DNA of 64,000 nucleotides from Fidelibacterota bacterium (GCA_022573815.1 JACZTG010000001.1:859-64858); one strand, 5' to 3'; shown: positions 37,114 to 47,425, numbered from the stretch's first letter. Numbers and translations: made by a program. The notes: a model not told the origin generated them from the letters alone.

Positions 37114-40100
37114 TTACCGGGCTATTGCCAATTTTTCAATTACCTCGACCCATTGGCCCGTGAAGGAAGATTTCACTCTTAATCTGTAGATATAAACGCC
37201 ATTTGCGAGCCGGTCGCCTACTTCGTCTCTGCCGTCCCACCTTATTTTTTGAAAGCCGATAGAAACAGAAGAGAAATCATTTATTTTTCGAATGAGCCTG
37301 CCTGCTACGGTATAAATATTAATCTCTATTTCTTCAACCGGCTGACTTAGAAAATAGGTAAAGTCCGTGGAGGTTGACATTGGATTCGGGTAATTATAAA
37401 CACGCTCGATAGAAAGCTCATCGCTTGTGGCGATATTGAAAACAACCGATTCCTCGGTAAAATTATTGTAACTATCCCAAGCTTTTACGGTGAGAGAGTG
37501 CTCTCCGGCGTCAAGAATCGGCAAGGGATAGCTGATGTTACCTTTTTGATAACTGTCAATATCATATTCAAAGAACTGTGTAATATTAAACTTATTATTG
37601 AAATCTTCATCAATTGTCAAAGTGATTTTGTGACCGACTTCTTCCGCCAAATTTATTCCATTCTCATCATTTAAAGATATTTCGAGCAAGGCGTCCTGTG
37701 GCACTATATCTCCGGGTCGAAAAAACAGACCCTGAAATCCGACAGATATTTCAGGTCCAAGGTTATCCGCGGTGGCAGCCGCAGTTCCATCGTATTCTAT
37801 ATTACCAATCGCTCCCGCTCCATCCAATCCGGAGGCTTCGTCCCACCAATATATTATGGTCTTACCGCTGTTACCGCCATAGCTGATGTCACGCGGAACG
37901 ATAAACGAGCTTTCATAGCTTCCGGCGGTAGCGCTTACAGGTCCGCTGAATATACGAGGACCCGGCAATTTATAACTGATTGAACCTGTAACGCCATTAT
38001 GTGTTTCTGATCGTGTCACTGATTTTTCGGAATCAAATACATTTACGGCGACAGAGACCGATCCGAGATTCAAAATGTTACCGTTTTTATCAAGAATTTT
38101 ACCGCGTATGCTTGCTTTGCCGAGAGCCTGCAAAACAGGAGGGTCTATGCTTTCTATGGTAGCGCGCCCCTGAGGTAATGCTACCCGCATAGTCGGATCT
38201 CCAAGATAATGATATTTTTGATCGTTACTGTCATCGGAGCGGGCAAGTTTTGTGGCTAAAAGCGCCGCACCTACACGCGGCGCATTACTTGAGAAAGGTT
38301 GTTCCGGAAGTAACATATTAAAGAATTTCGCAGTTATGGTAGCATTCGGTCCCGAATATACAAGTCGAGATGCCGCGAACATTCCAATAGCGCCATTCTG
38401 CTTTTGGACGAGGAGATCCTCAGCCATTGATTGGATATTCGGGTCATCATATCTTCCGAATTCACAAGTTCCCGCCACCCAAATGGGAAGTTTTTGTCCT
38501 GTGTTAATAATATTTAAGTCGCGTTCGCTTGTCAGAAGTCGCTCTTGCGCTAATACGGTGGGCCCTCCATGACCTATGTAAATGAGAAACGTCGTTCCCC
38601 TGTTTAATTGCTCCAAAAGAGCCGAAGTGGCATCCGGTTTTCTTACTCCGAATACTGCGGCATCAGTTTCAACTTTAAATTCGGTCATATATATTTTTCT
38701 GATATCACTACTCTGCGGAAGCGTTTTTATGATCTTATCTTCCGAATCTCTGATGTGATTTGTCTCCGGATTTTTCGATGGTCGAAACAGATCATCGGCA
38801 ACAATGGTGACGGTATTTTTCCAGTTTCCGAAAATTGGTTCGGACTCGTATAAAATCAGCTTTTCCACAAAGTTAGCGGCATCTTCCGGAGTTCTTGATA
38901 CTATCCTTCCGAGAGAAATATCAGCTTTTCTGTCTGTGCCTGATATAAATGCAAAATGGTCATCCGCTGCCCGAGAGTCTATGAAACTGATATGAGTTGT
39001 AGTTGTAGAAGTGTCATCAATAAGTTGATATGTAAGTATAAAATTTGTCGACTCACCTGTGATATTTCGATAATCGTAATCACCGTCGCCGAAGAGGAGA
39101 GCAAAGCTGGGTTTAGGAGCATTCCAGTTTTCATAAGCGTGCTTGAAAAAATATCTGAGAGCCATAGGGTCAATCTGTCCGGCGCTAAATTCATTTATTA
39201 TGTCGTCAATATCAATTACAATCGTTTTAAGCCGGTCATCCGGTTTGGCTTCAAAACTTCTATAATCAGCCAATTGGTCGGCGGATTCTCTGAAATCTTT
39301 GTGAGTAACGATAATGTAATCTGCCTGAATACCGCTGATTCTTGCCCTCGGAGTGCCAAGTCCGTCAACTTTGGTAATCTCCGATACGGATAAATATGCT
39401 GAAGACGCTGAAACGTAATATTCATTTCGCATACCCGGATTCACCTGTTCCTGCCAGATTATGCTTGAAGATGAAATGGTAGTAGGGGAAATTTTATAGG
39501 TCTCTCCGATATTGGAAATATTGAATATGTTCACATCGTTTGAAGAAAATCCTGATGCATTATATTTCATTAAACCGCTATCGGAGGAGGTGAAAAAATG
39601 AAGTATATCCGACTCAGCCTTCATTAATCTGGTATATCTAATCTCAAACCAATCTAAAAACCCCTTGGAAGGAGAATCAACACCCTCATATGCTAATATG
39701 AATCTATTCACTCCTGATTTCAGAGGGCTGTTAGACACCGTTTTTCGCCGAAAATTTACTCTATAGTTACTAACAATACTTGTAGAAAGTAATTGCGTGC
39801 CATCGAGGCTAAGTATAAACCTGCCTCCAAAAGATGCATCTTCTATACCGCTGCGGGTTCGCATAGAAAACTTACTATTTTGCGAACTGACCACATCATT
39901 TAACATTATTGGGTACTCCTGAAAATCGGAAATACCGGTAAGGCTTACTCCAAAAAAACCTGTTCCGGTTCGGAGAAAATTAATGAACTCATCTTCCTGA
40001 TGGTAGAATGCTTCGTATTGCGATATGTCCGAATCAGGAATACCGGCTGTTGAGGGAGTCGTTATCATCTCTTTTCCGGGCGAGGAGCCGGTAGGCGCAA

Positions 40101-41163
40101 CGTTTAGCCAATAAAATGATAAGTTTGAATACGGATTTTGAGAAAACCTAATCTGATTCTTCAGGCTATTGAATTCGAAACCGGAGGCGCCCTTACCGTA
40201 AAATATAACTTCATCGTTTGAATCAAAATTACCGTCTGAATTATTATCCTGTCTCCATGCCGGGATTTCAATTAGGTTATCAGTTACTACAGCTCCGATT
40301 TTTCCGTTCATTACTCTACCGCCGAAATAGGGTGAATAGATTTTTAGACGATTTAAATCGATGTTATTCAGATTTATACCAAATGAACTTAGGTCATCAG
40401 TCGTTAACTTATATATACCGTCATTTAATAGAGTCATTTTATACCAATCTCCCGGACCGAAAGAGACTGTTTTGTTAAATGGAGAATATCTTTTGTTCTC
40501 CACAAGCCAATCTTTCGACTGATTAAAATTGACGATAGCGGCGCTGTATATCTCTTCTTCGGCTGAGGAAATCCGTTGAATACTTTTTTTGGCTGAAGGT
40601 ATGTCACCGAAGGATATTTCGACTGAAATCTCATTAAAAAGATTTATTCCGTCAGATGAAGCGGAAACCTCGTACGGGTGGATAATAACCTGAAAAATCC
40701 GTTGCTGCCGGAAATAACCCACGTCTTTAATTGTGACCAAATTAATCTTCGGGATGCTATTAGAATTAATATTGCTTTTATCCATGAAAAAAACGGGGAC
40801 TCCGGTTGATCTGCTTATCGAATTAGGGTGACGAGCCGGAATACCTTTTAATGTTTTACCACCACTTTTACTTACACCTGTTATCCTTGGAACTGCTCCG
40901 TCTGGAACTCCAAAGGTATAAACCGCCGCAGGCAGGGCGATCTCGCCGGGGGAACCGGTAATTTCAGATTCTCCCTGGAACGAAATATCAAGCGTTCGGG
41001 AATTAAGTTTGTTTTCATTGAATACAGGCCTGAGAGTTATGCTCAGTCCCCTTTCAGAAGTTTTTATAGTTGAAGGTTTTCTGTTCAGATTTTCCGACTG
41101 GGTCGCAGGAGTGGAGCCGTCGGATGCAAACTGTAAAAGAGCAAGGATAATAAGCGCAGGCAT
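37114..41163 (-). CDS. Very large secreted peptidase-C25 (gingipain)-like protein with a T9SS C-terminal sorting domain
   Basis: Signal peptide. IYIGHGGPT and VAGTCEFG are candidate catalytic His and Cys in C25-like spacing. The C-terminal ...NGVYIYRLRVKS...KLAIAR matches the CTD. 1349 aa. Confidence 0.5.
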   Translation of the reverse strand: MPALIILALLQFASDGSTPATQSENLNRKPSTIKTSERGLSITLRPVFNENKLNSRTLDISFQGESEITGSPGEIALPAAVYTFGVPDGAVPRITGVSKSGGKTLKGIPARHPNSISRSTGVPVFFMDKSNINSNSIPKINLVTIKDVGYFRQQRIFQVIIHPYEVSASSDGINLFNEISVEISFGDIPSAKKSIQRISSAEEEIYSAAIVNFNQSKDWLVENKRYSPFNKTVSFGPGDWYKMTLLNDGIYKLTTDDLSSFGINLNNIDLNRLKIYSPYFGGRVMNGKIGAVVTDNLIEIPAWRQDNNSDGNFDSNDEVIFYGKGASGFEFNSLKNQIRFSQNPYSNLSFYWLNVAPTGSSPGKEMITTPSTAGIPDSDISQYEAFYHQEDEFINFLRTGTGFFGVSLTGISDFQEYPIMLNDVVSSQNSKFSMRTRSGIEDASFGGRFILSLDGTQLLSTSIVSNYRVNFRRKTVSNSPLKSGVNRFILAYEGVDSPSKGFLDWFEIRYTRLMKAESDILHFFTSSDSGLMKYNASGFSSNDVNIFNISNIGETYKISPTTISSSSIIWQEQVNPGMRNEYYVSASSAYLSVSEITKVDGLGTPRARISGIQADYIIVTHKDFRESADQLADYRSFEAKPDDRLKTIVIDIDDIINEFSAGQIDPMALRYFFKHAYENWNAPKPSFALLFGDGDYDYRNITGESTNFILTYQLIDDTSTTTTHISFIDSRAADDHFAFISGTDRKADISLGRIVSRTPEDAANFVEKLILYESEPIFGNWKNTVTIVADDLFRPSKNPETNHIRDSEDKIIKTLPQSSDIRKIYMTEFKVETDAAVFGVRKPDATSALLEQLNRGTTFLIYIGHGGPTVLAQERLLTSERDLNIINTGQKLPIWVAGTCEFGRYDDPNIQSMAEDLLVQKQNGAIGMFAASRLVYSGPNATITAKFFNMLLPEQPFSSNAPRVGAALLATKLARSDDSNDQKYHYLGDPTMRVALPQGRATIESIDPPVLQALGKASIRGKILDKNGNILNLGSVSVAVNVFDSEKSVTRSETHNGVTGSISYKLPGPRIFSGPVSATAGSYESSFIVPRDISYGGNSGKTIIYWWDEASGLDGAGAIGNIEYDGTAAATADNLGPEISVGFQGLFFRPGDIVPQDALLEISLNDENGINLAEEVGHKITLTIDEDFNNKFNITQFFEYDIDSYQKGNISYPLPILDAGEHSLTVKAWDSYNNFTEESVVFNIATSDELSIERVYNYPNPMSTSTDFTYFLSQPVEEIEINIYTVAGRLIRKINDFSSVSIGFQKIRWDGRDEVGDRLANGVYIYRLRVKSSFTGQWVEVIEKLAIAR

Positions 41164-41527
41164 TTGGATTACTTATTTTCCGTGAAAAGATAAAAGTTGG
41201 TTTTCGATTCTACCCCGAAGCAATCGGATAAATTTGAAAAGCCGCGCAGAATATTATACATTCCCATAACTGATCCTTATTATAGATAAAATTCTGTAAC
41301 TATTTTCTTGGCTTTTCCTCAATATGTGTGAGCAAATATATTCAGAAAGTTCAACTCTGTCAAGCCTATTTAGTTCCAATAGATGAATATAAATAAAGCG
41401 ATAGTAAAATAATATTTAACTCCTTAATTTAATGTAAGACGGTTTACATTATCATAATTAGCGTAAAAAGAAGTGAAAGATAGAAAAACTGTTCGATTAA
41501 ATGAAAAATCAATAGGAAGAAGGAAAA

Positions 41528-42070
41528 GTGGAAAACCTAATAAAAGAATTATTAGAAATTATAGGTGAAGACCCTAACCGGGAAGGATTGCTGAAAACAC
41601 CTTCAAGAGTATCAAAATCGCTGAAATTTTTGACTAAAGGCTACAATGAAAGTGTAGAAGAAGTATTGAACGGTGCGATTTTCACAGAAAAATTTGATGA
41701 AATGATAATCGTAAAAGATATTGATTTGTACAGCCTATGTGAACATCATTTATTACCGTTTTTCGGAAAATGCCACGTTGCGTATATTCCGAATAAAAAG
41801 ATAATAGGCTTGAGTAAAATACCGAGAATTGTGGAAATATTCGCCCGACGATTGCAAGTTCAGGAACGCTTGACAACTCAAATAGCCGAAGCGGTTCAGT
41901 CAGCAATAAATCCACTTGGAGTGGCTGTAACCATTGAAGCTACTCACCTTTGTACAGTTATGAGAGGTGTAGAAAAACAAAACGCTGTAGCTGTGACCAA
42001 TTCCATGCTTGGCAATTTTAAAACGGACCCGAAAACGAGAATGGAATTCCTGTCGATGATCAGTTCCTGA
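41528..42070 (+). CDS. folE: GTP cyclohydrolase I
   Basis: [18 protein letters not shown] matches the FolE signature. GTG start. Confidence 0.8.
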   Translation: MENLIKELLEIIGEDPNREGLLKTPSRVSKSLKFLTKGYNESVEEVLNGAIFTEKFDEMIIVKDIDLYSLCEHHLLPFFGKCHVAYIPNKKIIGLSKIPRIVEIFARRLQVQERLTTQIAEAVQSAINPLGVAVTIEATHLCTVMRGVEKQNAVAVTNSMLGNFKTDPKTRMEFLSMISS

Positions 42071-42092
42071 ATTAATTCGGAAGAAGAAAAAG

Positions 42093-42755
42093 ATGCAAAA
42101 GTCTTTCAAAAATCCATTTTTTGATTTTGATAAAGAGGCGGAGCTCAGGATATTGTACAGCGGGGGAATTGAAAGTTCAGTAATGGTCGGAAAAGCTGTT
42201 GAAGAGGGACTGAATCCAACACCGGTTTATGTTTCTATCGGCACGCGATGGGAAGATGCTGAAATCAAAGCGGCAAAAAACTATCTGGAAGCTCTTGAAA
42301 CAGGGTTTTCAGAAAATATGGTGATAATAAAAACCCGTACGAATCAAAATTATCCGGATTGGGTTTATGGCGGAGAGGGTTTCCCGATTTCTGATGCGGG
42401 TGTATCAAGTTTGGAGCTGCCCGATAGAAACGAAACCCTCATTCGGGAGGCGCTGAATTACAAAGATGGGCAAAATTCGCTGAATATTTTCATTGGAACT
42501 ACTGCGGACAATCCATTTGACGACGGTACGGCAGAATTTTTTCTGAATTTAGAGGCTCAGCTTTTCAATGAAAAGAAACGGAAAGTGAAGATAATTGCTC
42601 CGCTGCACCATTTAAATAAGAAAGAGGTTATAGAGTTGGGTAAACGATTTCCGTTAGAACTGACTCTTTCGTGCGTTGCGCCGATAGAAGGAAAACCGTG
42701 CAAGAAATGTATCAAATGCGCTATAAGAAATGAAGCGTTTCTGTTAGCAGGCTAA
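42093..42755 (+). CDS. QueC-like PP-loop ATPase (7-cyano-7-deazaguanine synthase family, divergent)
   Basis: LYSGGIESSV is a PP-loop (QueC has SGGxDS). The C-terminal CVAPIEGKPCKKCIKC is a Zn motif like that of QueC. It lies 22 nt after folE. Confidence 0.5.
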   Translation: MQKSFKNPFFDFDKEAELRILYSGGIESSVMVGKAVEEGLNPTPVYVSIGTRWEDAEIKAAKNYLEALETGFSENMVIIKTRTNQNYPDWVYGGEGFPISDAGVSSLELPDRNETLIREALNYKDGQNSLNIFIGTTADNPFDDGTAEFFLNLEAQLFNEKKRKVKIIAPLHHLNKKEVIELGKRFPLELTLSCVAPIEGKPCKKCIKCAIRNEAFLLAG

Positions 42756-42777
42756 AATAATAAAGAAAGGATTAAAT

Positions 42778-43233
42778 ATGAATCTAACTGTTGGAGATAA
42801 TGCTCCCGAGTTCAATTTGAAAGACCAAAACGGAAATGATATTAGTTTAAGCGGTTTGAAAGGGAAGAGAGTAATTTTGTATTTCTATCCAAAAGATGAT
42901 ACGCCCGGATGTACTGTCGAAGCATGCAATTTCAGAGATGATTTCTCGCTTTATACGGACAACGATACAGTCATATTGGGTGTAAGCCCCGATGGTGAAC
43001 AATCACACCAAAAATTCATCAAGAAATTTGACCTTCCTTTTTCACTTTTATGCGATGAAGATCATTCCGTTGCCGAAAAATATGGCGCATGGGATGAAAA
43101 AAGTATGTATGGCAGAAAATATATGGGAATTATCAGGACTACCGTGCAAATCGATAAAGATGGAAAAGTCGAAAAAGTCTATGAAAAAGTCAAAGCGAAA
43201 GACCATAGCAAGGAAGTGCTTGAATCTTTTTAA
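42778..43233 (+). CDS. bcp: Bcp-type peroxiredoxin (thiol peroxidase)
   Basis: FYPKDDTPGCTVEAC carries the peroxidatic and resolving Cys. Confidence 0.8.
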   Translation: MNLTVGDNAPEFNLKDQNGNDISLSGLKGKRVILYFYPKDDTPGCTVEACNFRDDFSLYTDNDTVILGVSPDGEQSHQKFIKKFDLPFSLLCDEDHSVAEKYGAWDEKSMYGRKYMGIIRTTVQIDKDGKVEKVYEKVKAKDHSKEVLESF

Positions 43234-43351
43234 ATATTAACGATTATGGATAGCCGGTATGAGGTCAAACGTATTGATTCAGAAGCAGAAAACACTTGCA
43301 AGGATAAACAAGATTATATAACTTTCTTGGCTTGAAACTACTTAGGAAAAT

Positions 43352-44689
43352 ATGTTTGAACAGTTAACTAATAGATTCACGGAAATTGTGAAAAATCTTC
43401 GGGGATTAGGAAAGATTACCGAGAAAAACGTAGAAGATACTCTGCGTTCGGTGAGGCGTACCCTCTTGGAGGCTGATGTAAATTACAAGGTGGTCAAGAA
43501 TTTCATTGAATCTGTAAAAGAGAAAGCGTTAGGCGAGAAAGTTGTAAAATCTATCACACCGGGGCAGCAACTTGTCAAAATCATTCATGACGAGCTGGTC
43601 GGTCTTATGGGCGGGAGTTCTGTCGGGGAGCCGGAATTGTCCCTTAGAAATCCAAGTGTGGTAATGATAGTTGGTTTGCAGGGTTCAGGAAAGACAACAT
43701 TTTGTGCAAAATATGCCAAACGACTGAAAAAATCCGGGAAAACGCCTTTATTGGTCGCTGCCGATGTTCAGCGCCCTGCCGCTATTGAACAGTTGAAACA
43801 ATTAGCGTCACAGGTCGGTGTTGAAGTTCATTCCCAAAAAGACGATTCACCGATTAAACTTTCGATGGATGCCGTAAATTATGCTAAGGAAAACGGCCAG
43901 GATGTGGTTATCATAGATACCGCGGGAAGACTTCAGATAGATAATCAAATGATGGATGAGCTAAAGCAGATAAAAGAGAGAGTGAATCCTGAACTTATTC
44001 TTTTTGTCGCCGATGGAATGAGCGGGCAAGACGCTGTTAACGCAGCCAGCGAATTTGCCGATCAGGTCGATTACAACGGAGTCGTTCTTACAAAGATGGA
44101 CGGAGATGCTCGCGGAGGCGCTGCGCTATCAATTCTTGCAGCTACAGGAAAACCAATATACTATGCAGGTATTGGTGAATCGCTTGATGCGCTTGAACTG
44201 TTTCATCCTGATAGGATGACGGGACGAATCCTCGGAATGGGGGATGTCGTAACACTTGTAGAGAAAGCACAGAGTGTAATCGATGAAGAAAGCGCTAAGA
44301 AAATAGAGGAAAAATTATTAAAGCAGACATTCACTTTGGAAGACTTTCTTGAACAACTGGGCAGCATAAAGAAAATGGGGCCTTTGGAAGATATTATCGG
44401 TATGATCCCCGGAATGGGAAGCAAACTGAAAGGAATCAATTTGAATGACAATGCCCTGACGAAAACCGAGGCTATAATACAATCTATGACCCCTGAAGAA
44501 CGCAATAATCCGGGCATATTAGACGGTAGCCGTCGAAAAAGAATTTCAACAGGCAGTGGCACGTCGGTAAACGAAGTAAATAAGGTACTTAACCAGTTCA
44601 GTCAAATGAAAAAAATGATGAAGATGTTCGGATCAGGTAAGATGCGGAAAGGAATAAGCATCCCCGGACCTACAATGTTTACAGGGTAA
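43352..44689 (+). CDS. ffh: Signal recognition particle protein Ffh
   Basis: GLQGSGKTT is the P-loop, DTAGR follows, and the M domain is Met-rich. Confidence 0.9.
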   Translation: MFEQLTNRFTEIVKNLRGLGKITEKNVEDTLRSVRRTLLEADVNYKVVKNFIESVKEKALGEKVVKSITPGQQLVKIIHDELVGLMGGSSVGEPELSLRNPSVVMIVGLQGSGKTTFCAKYAKRLKKSGKTPLLVAADVQRPAAIEQLKQLASQVGVEVHSQKDDSPIKLSMDAVNYAKENGQDVVIIDTAGRLQIDNQMMDELKQIKERVNPELILFVADGMSGQDAVNAASEFADQVDYNGVVLTKMDGDARGGAALSILAATGKPIYYAGIGESLDALELFHPDRMTGRILGMGDVVTLVEKAQSVIDEESAKKIEEKLLKQTFTLEDFLEQLGSIKKMGPLEDIIGMIPGMGSKLKGINLNDNALTKTEAIIQSMTPEERNNPGILDGSRRKRISTGSGTSVNEVNKVLNQFSQMKKMMKMFGSGKMRKGISIPGPTMFTG

Positions 44690-44712
44690 ACCCCTAAAAA
44701 GGAGGATATAAC

Positions 44713-45759
44713 TTGGCAGTAAGGTTGCGATTAAGAAGAACGGGAAAAAAGAAGCAGGTTCACTATCGTTTAGTGGCTGCGGATGCCAGATTTCCACGCG
44801 ATGGAAGATTTTTAGAAACTGTGGGACATTTCAATCCACGAATGAATCCACCTACAGCTGTGGTAAATGAAGAGAGAGTATTTTATTGGCTGGACAAAGG
44901 CGCGGAAATGTCAGAAGCATTCCGTGGTGTGCTGAAAAATAAGGGACTCCTTCTAAAATATGAATTGATAAAAAAGGATACTCCTGAAGCAAAAATAGAT
45001 GAAGAAATGCAAAAGTGGGCAATGTCCTATGAATTACGTCAGAAGAAGAAATCTGAAAAATTAACGAAAACCAAGAAGAAAAAAGCGAAAATGGAAGCGG
45101 AAGCCGCCGAGTCAGTAGATGAGAAAACTGCTGTAGCGGAAGAAACCGCAGAAGAAGTAAAAGCAGAAGAAACAGCTACCGAAGATGCTCCTGCTGAGAC
45201 AGAAGAAAAGGCTGAGACTGAAAAGTCTGCGGCGGAAGAACCCGCGGAAGAAGTAAAGGCAGAAGAAACAGCTGCCGAAGAAGCTCCTGCTGAGGCTGAG
45301 AAGCCTGCGGCTGAAGAGCCTGCGGCAGAAGAACCTGCAGCTGAAGAGAAGGCTGAAGAGCCTGCTACGGAAGAACCCGCTAAAGAGGTAAAAGCAGAAG
45401 AAACAGCTGCCGAAGAAGTTCCGGCTGAGACAGAAGAAAAGGCTGAGACTGAAAAGTCTGAGGCGGAAGAACCCGCGGAAGAAGTAAAGGCAGAAGAAAC
45501 AGCTGCCGAAGATGCTCCTGCTGAGACAGAAGAAAAGCCTGCGGCGGAAGAACCCGCTGAAGAAGTAAAAGCAGAAGAAACACCTGCCGAAGAAGCTCCC
45601 GTCGAAAAGAAAAAGGCGAAAAAGAAACCCGCTAAGAAAAATGCAGACGACAAACCAAAAAAGATAGCTGCCGAAAAAGAGAGCGCAGCAGATAAAAAAC
45701 CGGAAAAGAAGAAAAAAGCGCCGGCAAAACCAAAGAAAAGCGATGATAGTAAGGAATAA
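44713..45759 (+). CDS. rpsP: 30S ribosomal protein S16 with a ~260-aa C-terminal E/A/K-rich repeat extension
   Basis: The N-terminus MAVRLRLRRTGKKKQVHYRLVAADARFPRDGRFLETVGHFNP is canonical S16. The remainder is low-complexity repeats ending in a Lys-rich tail. Confidence 0.8.
   Translation: MAVRLRLRRTGKKKQVHYRLVAADARFPRDGRFLETVGHFNPRMNPPTAVVNEERVFYWLDKGAEMSEAFRGVLKNKGLLLKYELIKKDTPEAKIDEEMQKWAMSYELRQKKKSEKLTKTKKKKAKMEAEAAESVDEKTAVAEETAEEVKAEETATEDAPAETEEKAETEKSAAEEPAEEVKAEETAAEEAPAEAEKPAAEEPAAEEPAAEEKAEEPATEEPAKEVKAEETAAEEVPAETEEKAETEKSEAEEPAEEVKAEETAAEDAPAETEEKPAAEEPAEEVKAEETPAEEAPVEKKKAKKKPAKKNADDKPKKIAAEKESAADKKPEKKKKAPAKPKKSDDSKE
45100..45600 (+). repeat. In-frame imperfect tandem repeats (~93-nt units encoding AEEPAEEVKAEETAAEEAPAETEEKAETEKS) inside rpsP
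   Basis: Recurring gaagaaacagctgccgaagaagctcctgctgag blocks, about five units. Confidence 0.7.
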
Positions 45760-45767
45760 AGGTCTAA

Positions 45768-46316
45768 ATGAGTAAGATAAAAAGCGATAAAGATAAATTT
45801 CATAAGGAAGATGATTTTAATTATGTAGGATCCATTGGAGGAGCAAGAGGTCTCAAGGGAGAGATTTTGGTAAATCTCTTCACAGCACATCCGGCGCATC
45901 TTGCCGGGCTGGAAAGTCTATACTTGAGGTTTGATGGATTACCAAAAATTCTTTACACTATTCAGAGGGCTAAATGGGACGGCTCAAAATTTATTCTCAA
46001 ATTGCACGATGTTGATGATCGGAATAAAGCAGAGTCACTTAAGGGAGCAAAAATATTTATACCTGAAAGTGCCGCTTATCAAACAGAAGAAAATGAATAT
46101 TTCATTGATGACCTTATAGGAATGAATGTGGTGGACACTACAGGAACCAAACTCGGTACGATACGGGATGTCCTGAATTATCCCGCTCATGATGTTTACG
46201 TTATTTCAGACGATAAAAAGGAGATTCTTGTTCCTGCCGTTCAGGAATATGTACGTGAAGTGAATCTAACTACCGGTACCGTTATGATATCAATTATAGA
46301 CGGGCTGTCTGATTAA
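45768..46316 (+). CDS. rimM: Ribosome maturation factor RimM
   Basis: It sits between rpsP and trmD and has a GKEILVPAV-type PRC-barrel C-terminus. Confidence 0.7.
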   Translation: MSKIKSDKDKFHKEDDFNYVGSIGGARGLKGEILVNLFTAHPAHLAGLESLYLRFDGLPKILYTIQRAKWDGSKFILKLHDVDDRNKAESLKGAKIFIPESAAYQTEENEYFIDDLIGMNVVDTTGTKLGTIRDVLNYPAHDVYVISDDKKEILVPAVQEYVREVNLTTGTVMISIIDGLSD

Positions 46317-46317
46317 G

Positions 46318-47007
46318 ATGCGAATTACTTTTATTACTCCGTTTCCTGAAATATTGAAAGGCGCTCTCTCGGCGAGTATACTCGGCCGGGCGGAAACGAA
46401 TGATATAGTTAAATACAATATCATAAATCTTCGTGAATTCGGGGATGGACCTCATAAAAAAGTAGATGACTATCCTTTTAGCGGCGGCCCCGGAATGGTA
46501 CTGACACCCGGACCGATTTTCAAGGCGTTTGAGGATTCGTTTGGCGAAAATCCAGAGGGGTTAAGAGTAATACTTCCCTCACCTTCAGGCAGACAGTTTA
46601 CTCAGCAGATGGCTAAAGAATTAACAGAAGAGAGTGAGATAGTGTTTATCTGCGGTCATTACAAAGGAGTGGACGAGAGAGTAATCGATTCTCTTGTCAC
46701 AGATGAAATATCAATAGGCGACTATGTATTGTCAGGCGGGGAGATACCTTCTCTGGCTATCAGCGATTCGATTGTGCGGTTACTCGACGGTGCGCTTAAT
46801 GACCCTGAATCAGCGGAAACCGACTCATTCACGCATCCTCTTTTAGATCAGCCTCACTACACTCGCCCATCAAATTTTAGGGGGATGGAAGTACCCGAAG
46901 TTTTACTTTCCGGCGATCATGAAAAAATCCGTTCATGGAAAGCGGAACAAAGACTTAAAAGAACTGAAGAGCGGAGGAGTGATCTTCTGCAGGACAAATT
47001 AAACTAA
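46318..47007 (+). CDS. trmD: tRNA (guanine37-N1)-methyltransferase TrmD
   Basis: MRITFITPFPE matches the TrmD N-terminus and GDYVLSGGE the SPOUT motif. Confidence 0.85.
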   Translation: MRITFITPFPEILKGALSASILGRAETNDIVKYNIINLREFGDGPHKKVDDYPFSGGPGMVLTPGPIFKAFEDSFGENPEGLRVILPSPSGRQFTQQMAKELTEESEIVFICGHYKGVDERVIDSLVTDEISIGDYVLSGGEIPSLAISDSIVRLLDGALNDPESAETDSFTHPLLDQPHYTRPSNFRGMEVPEVLLSGDHEKIRSWKAEQRLKRTEERRSDLLQDKLN

Positions 47008-47020
47008 AAAGATTTACTAA

Positions 47021-47383
47021 TTGGAGATTTTGGAAATGAATAAAGTACAAGAGTTTGGAAAAGCTCAGTTGAAAGATAAAATTACCGACTTTAGGGCCGG
47101 TGATACTTTAGAGATTGCCGTTAGAATTCGTGAAGGCGGGAAGGAAAGAACTCAGATGTTTGAAGGCGTAGTAATGCAGATTCGCGGTGACGGACTGAAC
47201 AAAACCTTTACAATCAGGAAAGTATCCGGCGGAGTGGGTGTAGAACGAATTTTTCCGCTGCATTCTCCAAGCGTTACCGGAATAAAGAAAATTAAAAGCG
47301 GAAGAGTGCGAAGAGCGAATATTTCCTATTTCAGGAAGCTAAAAGGAAGAGCTGCTCGAATCACGGAAAGAAGGGACCGATAA
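47021..47383 (+). CDS. rplS: 50S ribosomal protein L19
   Basis: FRAGDTLEIAVRIREGGKERTQMFEGVV is canonical L19. Confidence 0.85.
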   Translation: MEILEMNKVQEFGKAQLKDKITDFRAGDTLEIAVRIREGGKERTQMFEGVVMQIRGDGLNKTFTIRKVSGGVGVERIFPLHSPSVTGIKKIKSGRVRRANISYFRKLKGRAARITERRDR

Positions 47384-47425
47384 TTCCTCATATATAAGAT
47401 TAACCAATCAAATATTTCAGTGAGT

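Noticed and set aside
42070-42093. preQ1 riboswitch upstream of the queC-like gene
   Set aside because: Only 22 nt separate folE and the queC-like gene, leaving no room for an aptamer.
45039-45899. 286-aa minus-strand ORF overlapping rpsP (Ser/Ala/Gly/Phe-rich)
   Set aside because: It is a shadow ORF created by the low-complexity GAA/GCT repeat of the S16 extension. It has no start context or motif.
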